From Candidatus Zixiibacteriota bacterium (GTDB taxonomy: Bacteria; Zixibacteria; MSB-5A5; GN15; FEB-12), in contig DAOSXA010000003.1 of assembly GCA_035380245.1 (NCBI GenBank), positions 486,926 through 550,925 of the forward strand: DNA of 64,000 nucleotides, given 5' to 3'. This document shows, piece after piece, positions 28,405-35,917 of this stretch. How positions within the stretch are numbered: position 1 is the first letter of the stretch; each line of letters opens with the position of its first letter. The notes below the pieces were generated by a model. That model was not told the origin of the DNA. It did not search any database and saw only the letters and a list, made by a program, of their open reading frames with translations. The position numbers and the translations under genes were made by a program.

Positions 28405-30156
28405 ATGTTTAGTCGTACGATCGCCAAACTTCAGAATAAGTATAAGTTCACCGGAACTCATGTTCTTATCCTTATGGCTTCCGTTGTGGGGCTTGCAACC
28501 GGTCTCGGGGCGATTGGTTTTCGCTGGTTGATCGAGTACTTCAACAACCTCTTTTTCGGACTGACCGATCAGATTCTGACCGATGCCGTCGGCACCGGCG
28601 GTTACAAGTATTGGTTGCCGTTGATTCCAATGGTCGGCGGCTTGCTCGTCGGTCCTATTGTTTTTAAGTTTGCCGCCGAAGCCAAGGGGCACGGGGTTCC
28701 CGAAGTAATGAACGCCGTAGCCCGACTGGGCGGTATCATCCGCGCCAGGGTGGCCGTGGCCAAAACCATAGCCTCAGCTATATGTATCGGCTCCGGTGGT
28801 TCAGCCGGACGCGAGGGACCGATTGTCCAGATCGGTTCGGCGGTCGGATCGTCGATCGGACAGCTTTTCCGTATGTCCGGCGACCGTGTCAAAATTCTCG
28901 TTGGCTGCGGAGCGGCAGCCGGCATTTCGGCGGTCTTTAACGCTCCTATCGCCGGCGTCATTTTTTCATTGGAAATCATCCTCGGTGATTTCGCTATTAA
29001 GACTTTCTCCCCGGTTATTATTTCATCCGTTATCGCTTCGGTCGTCACACGTTCAGTGCTGGGAAATCACCCGGCATTTGATGTCCCCGAGTACTCACTC
29101 GTGTCGGTTTGGGAAGTCCCCCTGTATGCCGGAATGGGCATCCTGCTGGGAGGGCTCGGGACCGCTTTCACCCGAGTGCTCGACTGGTTCGAAGATGTCT
29201 TCGACGGGATGAAAATACCCAATGTCTTTAAGCCGGCTCTGGGCGGTATTCTGCTGGGTACTATCGCCATATTCTATCCTCAAATTCTGGCTGACGGATA
29301 TGAAACGATCAAGCTGACGCTTTACGGTCAGATCGGTATCACCCTGATGATAATTCTTGTATTCCTGAAGTTGTTGGCAACCTCACTGACTTTGGGCTCG
29401 GGTAACTCGGGTGGTATTTTTGCTCCGTCGCTGTTCATGGGGGCCGTGGCTGGCGGCGTTTTTGGTGTGGTCGTCAATTATTTCTTCCCCAATACGACAG
29501 CGACTCCGGGAGCTTATGCATTGGTCGGGATGGCGGGCATGGTGGCTGCTGCTACCCATGCTCCGATTACGGCCCTCCTGATCATTTTTGAGATGACCTC
29601 CGACTATCGCATTATTCTGCCTCTGATGGTAACCGTCGTCTTTGCCGGGCTGGTGGCAGGCAAGCTGTTCGAGTATTCAATCTATACGGTCAAGCTGGCC
29701 AAACGCGGGATCGACATCCGCGGTGGTAAAGATATCAACGTGCTGCGCTCGCATAAGGTCTCGGAGATCATGGATAGAGATTTCCAGTCGGTGCCGGCGG
29801 CGACACCGCTGGCGACTATCTTCCACGCTATTGAACATTCCAAGGAATCGTATTTCATCGTAACCGATTCGAAAGGATTGCTCCGCGGCGTTCTCTCGTT
29901 CCAGGATATCCGATCGATGTTGACTCATCACGAACTTGATTTTCTCGTAATAGCCCAGGATCTTGTTCGACCGCGGCCGATAACTCTCTGTGCCGACGAT
30001 GATCTCGAGAAAGCCTACAACCTGTTTGGCTTGCAGGACCTCAAGCTGATCCCGGTAGTGGAAAACGGCGAGCAGAATACGGTAATCGGTGTCCTGCGCC
30101 GTGAAGATATGCTGGCTTACTACAACCGCCAGTTGATAGATACTCTGCGTCAATAA
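28405..30156 (+). CDS. ClC-family chloride channel / H+-Cl- exchanger with C-terminal CBS pair
   Basis: Selectivity-filter motifs GSGGSAGREGP, GVIFSLE and GIFAPSLF. The C-terminal ~140 aa look like tandem CBS domains. The start could instead be the TTG at 28366. Confidence 0.85.
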   Translation: MFSRTIAKLQNKYKFTGTHVLILMASVVGLATGLGAIGFRWLIEYFNNLFFGLTDQILTDAVGTGGYKYWLPLIPMVGGLLVGPIVFKFAAEAKGHGVPEVMNAVARLGGIIRARVAVAKTIASAICIGSGGSAGREGPIVQIGSAVGSSIGQLFRMSGDRVKILVGCGAAAGISAVFNAPIAGVIFSLEIILGDFAIKTFSPVIISSVIASVVTRSVLGNHPAFDVPEYSLVSVWEVPLYAGMGILLGGLGTAFTRVLDWFEDVFDGMKIPNVFKPALGGILLGTIAIFYPQILADGYETIKLTLYGQIGITLMIILVFLKLLATSLTLGSGNSGGIFAPSLFMGAVAGGVFGVVVNYFFPNTTATPGAYALVGMAGMVAAATHAPITALLIIFEMTSDYRIILPLMVTVVFAGLVAGKLFEYSIYTVKLAKRGIDIRGGKDINVLRSHKVSEIMDRDFQSVPAATPLATIFHAIEHSKESYFIVTDSKGLLRGVLSFQDIRSMLTHHELDFLVIAQDLVRPRPITLCADDDLEKAYNLFGLQDLKLIPVVENGEQNTVIGVLRREDMLAYYNRQLIDTLRQ

Positions 30157-30187
30157 TCCAGTCCGAATCTATTATCCAATCTCAAGC

Positions 30188-30216
30188 TTGATATAGAACG
30201 GTAGAGCGGGTAAATT
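30188..30216 (+). promoter_or_regulatory. Candidate promoter of the M50-HlyD fusion gene (would give a leaderless or near-leaderless mRNA)
   Basis: TTGATA (30188-30193), 17-nt spacer, TAAATT (30211-30216). The ATG at 30223 lies 7 nt after the -10 element and no Shine-Dalgarno sequence precedes it. Confidence 0.3.
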
Positions 30217-30222
30217 AATCTC

Positions 30223-32532
30223 ATGCCGGATTATGCCAGATTGCGCCGCGACCTGATCTCATCACCGATGGAGGTGGATGGGGCCACGGTCTATACGGTC
30301 AAGGATCCCATCCGTGGGACCTTTTTCCGTTTACGCGAACCGGAGCATTGGCTGATCCATCAGTTGGACGGGGTGACCTCGTACGATGAGATTGCCGCCC
30401 GCTTCAAGGAGAAATACGGTTTTAACCTCAGCGCTGAAAATGTAAGGCAGTTCGTGCAAGCGCTGGAGAAACTCTTTTTTCTGGAAAACTGTCGAGCCGA
30501 GCAAGCGGTCTCGCGTACCAGCTATATAGCTGAAGAGCACCGTTCGCTGTGGTCACGTCTGCTTTATGTGCGACTGCGGGCGATCAATCCCAAGCGTTTA
30601 CTGGATCGATTACTGCCCTGGTATCGCCCCTGGCACTCGATGACGGGGTGGCTGCTGCAATTGATTTTGCTGGTCGTAGGGCTGTCGGTACTGGCGGCCA
30701 ATGTCAACACCTTTGCCGTAAATCTTTATTCGGTATTCAACCTCGGTTCGGTGATTGCGATTGTCATTTCGTTCTTCATTCTGATAACGCTTCACGAGTT
30801 TGCCCATGCGGTGGTCTGTCGTTACTACGGGGGAGAGGTAACCGAAATGGGCTTTCTGTTGATGTATTTTCAGCCCTGTTTTTATTGTGATCTCTCGGAT
30901 GCCTGGCTGTTCAAGAACAAGCGGCATCGACTGGCGGTGACTTTTGCCGGTCCCTATTTTCAAATACTCCTGATGGCGGTTGCGGTGCTGGTCTGGCGAG
31001 TTACCGTCCCGGGGATATTGATCAACGATATTGCCCGCATCGTGGCGATTATCTGTTTCGTGACATTGCTGTTTAATTTCAATCCGCTGATCAAGCTGGA
31101 CGGTTATTACCTGCTGTCGGACTGGCTGGATATTCCCAATCTTCGCTCCAAGGCATTCGGTTATGTTTCCAACTGGTTCCGACGGGTAGTTCTGGGCTGG
31201 TCCGAGCCAAAATATCCTGCAACCGGGAGAGAACGGCGGATATTCGGGATATACGCGGTTTTTTCCGGGCTATATACGTTCTTTCTCCTTTTCTGGGTGC
31301 TTCGTGTTATCGGTCGTTTTCTTTATGACTCCATGGGGCCGACCGGATTGTTGTTGTTAGCGGTGCTGATCTTGTTTATTATTCACGGCAGTATCACAGG
31401 CTTTTTCAAGGGACTGATAAAGCACATTGTCCAGATGAAAGAAATCGCTAAAAAACCGCTTAGACTGATCATTCAGTTAATCATCCTGATCGCACTGATA
31501 GTGATATTGTTTTGGGTGCCGTTCACCCAACGAGTCACCGGCGAAGTGGCGGTTCGTCCGGCAGCACAGTTCAGTCTTCTTGTCAATAACTTAGGACTTC
31601 TTGAGAAGCGGCTCCAGAAGGGCGGGGCGGAACCGAGTACGCAATCGTCATACGTTCAAATGACCACCACCGAAATGGCTACCTTGAACCTTAAACCGGT
31701 GGTGGCGGACGGCCAGATGGTGGCGAACGGAGATACGGTGGCAGTGCTGCTGTCAAATCAGGTCACCAGCGATATATCTGCCGGACTGGCGGAGCTGGAG
31801 CAACTTGAGTTCGAACTGGCCCTGCTGCGATCCCCCCCCAAAGCCGAGGAAGTGGCTGAAGCGAAGACCGATGTTGAAGCCGCCGAGGCCAACCTTATGC
31901 AACTCCAACGCGATCTGCAGCGAATCGAAACCCTGAGCGCCAAGAATCTCACGACGGCAGCGCAGTTGGAAACGGCTCGCTCCAGTGTCGATATCGCCCG
32001 GGCTACGCTGAAGAACCGGCAGGCTAAGCTGGAATTACTCAAGTCGCCGCCCAAACCCGAGGAAGAGGCGGTAATCAGATCGCAAATTCAGCGTCAACGT
32101 GCCGACCTTGATTTTCTGTATTCACAGGAAGCGGCCCAGTCGGTTACGACGGAGATCCGGGGAGTGGTGAGCCTTCCGCGTGAAGGAGAGTCGATCCTGC
32201 AGATTACCGATGCCTCTCGGATAGAACTGCTGGTACCGGTTTCGGATTTCGATCTTGGTCTGGTTGAGCCGGGGCAGAGGGTTAAGCTTAAGGTTCGGAC
32301 TTATGTCGATACGGTATTTGTCGGGCAGGTGGTTCATATTCCGGTTACAGCGGTTTCGATAGGTGATCACTCGGTATATCAGGTAGGTGTTTTGGTTAAT
32401 AATCCCGAGGGACGCCTCAAACCGGGAATGAGCGGGTATGCGAAGATCGAGATAAAAGACAGCTCTCTTTTCAGACTAATTCTCAGGAAAATTACTTCAT
32501 TTGTCCGCGTCGAGTTCTGGTCCTGGTGGTAA
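30223..32532 (+). CDS. Fusion protein: PqqD/RRE-like N-domain, site-2-protease (peptidase M50) membrane core and HlyD/membrane-fusion-protein periplasmic adaptor
   Basis: aa ~15-90, FFRLREPEHWLIHQLDGVTSYDEIAARFKEKYGFNLSAENVRQFVQALEKLFFLE, is PqqD-like. HEFAH (nt 30793-30807) and NPLIKLDG are the two S2P zinc motifs, set within multiple TM helices. aa ~455-769 form a coiled-coil hairpin (LLRSPPKAEEV / LLKSPPKPEEE) plus a beta-barrel segment (GQRVKLKVRTY..VGQVVHIP, GMSGYAKIEI), typical of HlyD adaptors. Confidence 0.7.
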   Translation: MPDYARLRRDLISSPMEVDGATVYTVKDPIRGTFFRLREPEHWLIHQLDGVTSYDEIAARFKEKYGFNLSAENVRQFVQALEKLFFLENCRAEQAVSRTSYIAEEHRSLWSRLLYVRLRAINPKRLLDRLLPWYRPWHSMTGWLLQLILLVVGLSVLAANVNTFAVNLYSVFNLGSVIAIVISFFILITLHEFAHAVVCRYYGGEVTEMGFLLMYFQPCFYCDLSDAWLFKNKRHRLAVTFAGPYFQILLMAVAVLVWRVTVPGILINDIARIVAIICFVTLLFNFNPLIKLDGYYLLSDWLDIPNLRSKAFGYVSNWFRRVVLGWSEPKYPATGRERRIFGIYAVFSGLYTFFLLFWVLRVIGRFLYDSMGPTGLLLLAVLILFIIHGSITGFFKGLIKHIVQMKEIAKKPLRLIIQLIILIALIVILFWVPFTQRVTGEVAVRPAAQFSLLVNNLGLLEKRLQKGGAEPSTQSSYVQMTTTEMATLNLKPVVADGQMVANGDTVAVLLSNQVTSDISAGLAELEQLEFELALLRSPPKAEEVAEAKTDVEAAEANLMQLQRDLQRIETLSAKNLTTAAQLETARSSVDIARATLKNRQAKLELLKSPPKPEEEAVIRSQIQRQRADLDFLYSQEAAQSVTTEIRGVVSLPREGESILQITDASRIELLVPVSDFDLGLVEPGQRVKLKVRTYVDTVFVGQVVHIPVTAVSIGDHSVYQVGVLVNNPEGRLKPGMSGYAKIEIKDSSLFRLILRKITSFVRVEFWSWW

Positions 32533-32679
32533 GATCGCCGTTTTATCTAAACCATTACTTTAAGATGTGATTGTAATGTGGTGTGGTGTAGTGGGAGTGG
32601 GTGATAAAATTATCGCGTCGTAAGTGGTGGTGATGTTACAATTTAACAGTATCCGTGTAACTATAATCCACATTTGACC

Positions 32680-32708
32680 TTGACATATTGTGAGTTTGGC
32701 TCTACTTT
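32680..32708 (+). promoter_or_regulatory. Candidate promoter for the small peptide gene
   Basis: TTGACA (32680-32685; an overlapping TTGACC at 32674), 17-nt spacer, TACTTT (32703-32708). Confidence 0.35.
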
Positions 32709-32796
32709 TAGAATTGAGCCCAGGTTTCCTTCCTTTAACGGAATCTTGGTTCGTACGTTTCTAAACAACCTATGGCTGAAACAGGAGGAATTAACC

Positions 32797-32871
32797 ATGA
32801 CCTATGAACTGACTGTTGAAGTTCTTGAGGCTCGCGTAGCGCCCATGGGAATCTCATTGGGCGGCCAGTGA
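32797..32871 (+). CDS. 24-aa peptide MTYELTVEVLEARVAPMGISLGGQ (candidate substrate or signal peptide)
   Basis: The ATG is preceded by AGGAGGA (32783-32789, 7-nt spacer), the strongest SD in the neighbourhood. A TGA stop is followed 30 nt later by a 12-bp-stem terminator. It sits on the same strand as, and 264 nt after, the M50-HlyD gene. No homology evidence is available. Confidence 0.45.
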   Translation: MTYELTVEVLEARVAPMGISLGGQ

Positions 32872-32901
32872 TTCTGGTGACGACTGCGTAGTTACATCAG
32901 A

Positions 32902-32937
32902 AGGCAGGTATTTTCTAAATACCTGCCTATCTTTTTT
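32902..32937. terminator. Strong hairpin terminator shared by the peptide gene (+) and the convergent kinase gene (-)
   Basis: AGGCAGGTATTT (32902-32913), loop TCT, AAATACCTGCCT (32917-32928), then ATCTTTTTT. The kinase stop codon (32927-32929, minus strand) lies inside the 3' arm. Confidence 0.8.
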
Positions 32938-35908
32938 GGGCAATTTTAGTTTTAAGTCCGTTGATTTGATCCACCAACAGCTTTATTTCCGGTCGTGATT
33001 GATAGCATGTTCTCCGGGATACATCGCTCAGCGATAAAGCGACTTGTTTGGCCGCGTTCAGTCCCTTTTTAGCCGCAGCAAACGACTCTTCGTATTCACC
33101 GAGGCTGAGCGCTACTTGAGCCTGAAGCGCCAGAATGTCAACTAGTTCCGGCACCAATCCACACCGATTGGCAGCCGACTCGGCTCGCAGCGCCAGGTCC
33201 CGGGCCTCTTTTATCAGACCATTGGTGCTGTAGATCCGACCGGCCAGAGCCAGGAGTCCTGCTTGCTCGACATCCTCGTGCATTTTTTCGAGGTGAGGCT
33301 GGATGGTTTGTTGGAATTGCGACAGAGTTTCATCGGGCGAGGACGGTAACAAGTGGCTTAAGCGGTTAGCTTCGATCAGAATTCTCTCCCGCTCCATATT
33401 GAGTTCTTGGGCTAGTTCCAGACCACGGTTAATCACACTGTCGTCATCGGTCAGTTTTGATATGAGTATCAAGGCATTCAACAGGTTGGGATTGTCCTGC
33501 TGGTCTTCGGCCTGAGCTGCCGATTTCTTTGCCAGGGTCAGGGCCTCATCATAATTACCAATGAACTGCTGAAGACCGGCGCAAGCATGCCAGTGAATCG
33601 TTTCGAGAAGCTTGTCGTCGATCTCTTCCAGCATGTCAGCGGTTTGATTCAGATCGATCTGAGCTTCACCGAACCGGCCAAGACGTTTCAGGACCGTACC
33701 GCGCATGCAATGGAACGAGGCAACGTGAGGAATATCCTCAAGCTCCCGGCCTAGGGCCAGACCTTCCTCAAGATATCCCAATGAGCGCTGCAACTGCCCG
33801 GCCGTGACCGACAGATGAGACAGATTTTCTAAATTGAACAGGGTTTCCTTTTTTGAACCGATACGCCGGTTGAATTCCAGCGATTCATCGAGACTTTCGA
33901 CCGCTTCCGCATTACGCCCCATGAGGTGGTAGACGTAGCCTAAGTTGTTCAACGTTCTGGCGATTTCACCCTGGTCGCCAATTTCTCGCTTCATTCTCAG
34001 TGATATCTCAAGCAGTCGCACGGATTTGCGATATCGTCCGGTAATGCCGTGCACGGAGCCGACATTGCTCAAGGAAGAAGCCGCGTCGGCGTCAGCGCCG
34101 AGGCGACGCTGTATAGTCAATGCCATGAGATAATAACGGCGGGCTTCGCTCAAGTCACCAGCCACCCAATAGGCATTGCCAAGATTGTTGTAAGTATGTG
34201 AAATCTCTAATTCGTCGTCCAACTCACGGTAGATTTTGAGAGCCTCGTTGAGAGCCTGAAGCGCACCCTTCGAGTCCTGCTTCAGCTTAAATAAATCACC
34301 CAATGACTTGTAGACTATTGCCAGCAGTTTGTCCACCGGACGGTTCCGGTACAATTCAATCAGCGTGTTATAGGCGTTTTGGGCGGCGGTCGTGCGACCA
34401 ACCCCCTTTTGTAAATCACCTTCAGTCAGCAGTAATTTACGAGCCGAGAACGGATCACCGATGGTCCGGGCATAACCAATCACTCGTTTCAACAGGAAGA
34501 TCGCCTCGTCTGCCCGATGGTCTTTTTCAAGCAAAGCTGCCGCCTGAGAAGCGCAACGTTCGGCGGCTTCAAGATTGCCGGCCTGGTGGTACAGCCGGGT
34601 AGCCTGATCGTATCGAGAGTCGTGTTCAGCCTCGGGAGCGAGCTTTTGCGAGATCCTTTGAACGGTTGCCGGTCGAAGCATCGTGAGTAACAGATCCGGC
34701 AAACCGGCCGGATAATTTTCCACTTCAACCGGATTTTCCGTTTGAGAAGGAGACACTCGGTCCGCCTGGCCCATGACGGCCTTGATGATCAAATGTCGTT
34801 TCTCGGTCAGGTCGGCTTCAGCGAAGCTTTGAAGTTGATTCCGTCGATGTCGGCTGGTCCAGTAAGCCTCGGCTGAGAACTGGAATTTAGTGTCGTTGTA
34901 AACCAGAGTCCGGCGGCTGTAATTAACTTCAGCCAATTGTCGCAGACAGAGGCCGTTGTGGTCGGTGATTTTATTGAGATGAACACGTTGCCGAGAGGTG
35001 AGAATGAATCGACTCTCACAAATGCTGTCGAATTCTCCCCAGGGATCGACCAACCATTTGGGACGAAGCACTTGTTCGAATGGATAGGTAGCGCCGCAAT
35101 CACGCAGACGGCAACAAACGTTCCAGGCGGAATCCGGGCGATCCGAGGGATTCACCGATAGAAGGGATGTGACCAGAGTGCATATCGGGCCGGATAGCTC
35201 GGGCTTAACGACCTCAAGTCGCGGGTAGTCCGCTTCAATTATACGACCGTTAATACGCACCGGATCACTGTCGGACTCACTCCAGAAAGGATGCTTACCG
35301 GTGAGTAGCCGATAGGCAATAACACCGAGGGCGAATAAGTCCGAAGCGTGACTGGAACCTTTGCCTGAGATTATTTCTGGAGCCATATAACCGACGGTTC
35401 CGGCTCCGGCGCGGGCCGACTCCGGTTCCGTTTCCAGGCGTCCTAAGGAGAAATCGGACAGCTTAATATAGTGCAGGCGGCCGTCGGCGATTTCCTGCCA
35501 ATCCTCGGGCAGGAATACATTATGGACTTTCAGATCGCCATGTATGAGAGAGCGTGCCCGGAGAAATTCCAGATCGACGGCAATGGCTGAAATGATGTTT
35601 AGCGCCAGAGTCGTGTTGTCGAGACGGCCGATTTGATCGAGGCTGGGGCCCTCGCAGAGCTCTAAAAGGAGCCAGGGAGGATTTTCGCTGTAATCAAGCA
35701 GGCGAACGATCCCCGGAAATCTGAGACCGCCGATAAGGTAATTTTCACGAGCGGCGAGACGCCCGAAATCTACTTCTTCAGGAGTGGCATCAGGTAGAGG
35801 CGTTTTTAGCGCAGCTTCGTGCTTTCGCCCCGGGCAGGAAACGCGCACTACCTCGGCGGTACCTCCCTTGCCTAACGGAGCGATGACCCGAAAACCGGCC
35901 ATATTCAT
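32927..35908 (-). CDS. Ser/Thr protein kinase (non-RD) with a long C-terminal TPR array
   Basis: Kinase motifs: LGKGGTAEV (G-loop), AALK, HGDLKVHNVF (catalytic loop with G in place of R), KLSDFSLG (DFG-like), GTVGYMAPE. The remaining ~650 aa contain many TPR-like repeats (e.g. AYNTLIELY, YNNLGNAYWVAGDLSEARRYY, LNNLGYVYHLMGRNAEAVESL). Confidence 0.8.
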   Translation of the reverse strand: MNMAGFRVIAPLGKGGTAEVVRVSCPGRKHEAALKTPLPDATPEEVDFGRLAARENYLIGGLRFPGIVRLLDYSENPPWLLLELCEGPSLDQIGRLDNTTLALNIISAIAVDLEFLRARSLIHGDLKVHNVFLPEDWQEIADGRLHYIKLSDFSLGRLETEPESARAGAGTVGYMAPEIISGKGSSHASDLFALGVIAYRLLTGKHPFWSESDSDPVRINGRIIEADYPRLEVVKPELSGPICTLVTSLLSVNPSDRPDSAWNVCCRLRDCGATYPFEQVLRPKWLVDPWGEFDSICESRFILTSRQRVHLNKITDHNGLCLRQLAEVNYSRRTLVYNDTKFQFSAEAYWTSRHRRNQLQSFAEADLTEKRHLIIKAVMGQADRVSPSQTENPVEVENYPAGLPDLLLTMLRPATVQRISQKLAPEAEHDSRYDQATRLYHQAGNLEAAERCASQAAALLEKDHRADEAIFLLKRVIGYARTIGDPFSARKLLLTEGDLQKGVGRTTAAQNAYNTLIELYRNRPVDKLLAIVYKSLGDLFKLKQDSKGALQALNEALKIYRELDDELEISHTYNNLGNAYWVAGDLSEARRYYLMALTIQRRLGADADAASSLSNVGSVHGITGRYRKSVRLLEISLRMKREIGDQGEIARTLNNLGYVYHLMGRNAEAVESLDESLEFNRRIGSKKETLFNLENLSHLSVTAGQLQRSLGYLEEGLALGRELEDIPHVASFHCMRGTVLKRLGRFGEAQIDLNQTADMLEEIDDKLLETIHWHACAGLQQFIGNYDEALTLAKKSAAQAEDQQDNPNLLNALILISKLTDDDSVINRGLELAQELNMERERILIEANRLSHLLPSSPDETLSQFQQTIQPHLEKMHEDVEQAGLLALAGRIYSTNGLIKEARDLALRAESAANRCGLVPELVDILALQAQVALSLGEYEESFAAAKKGLNAAKQVALSLSDVSRRTCYQSRPEIKLLVDQINGLKTKIAQKR

Positions 35909-35917
35909 AGGCCGGCC

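Noticed and set aside
32576-32623. Micro-ORF MWCGVVGVGDKIIAS within the GT-rich tract (and MLQFNSIRVTIIHI at 32633-32677)
   Set aside because: Neither has a Shine-Dalgarno sequence or promoter context. They are probably by-products of the skewed composition. The tract itself is kept as a finding.
32674-32871. The 65-aa version of the small ORF, starting at the TTG at 32674
   Set aside because: That TTG is part of the TTGACC/TTGACA promoter-like hexamers and has no RBS. The internal ATG at 32797 is preceded by AGGAGGA at ideal spacing, so only the 24-codon version is reported.
32797-32871. Calling the 24-aa peptide a Pup/UBact homolog
   Set aside because: Only the terminal GGQ matches. The length is under half that of Pup. 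There is no recognisable Mpa-binding helix region, and no pafA, dop or proteasome genes in the window. The resemblance is reported as an observation, not an annotation.
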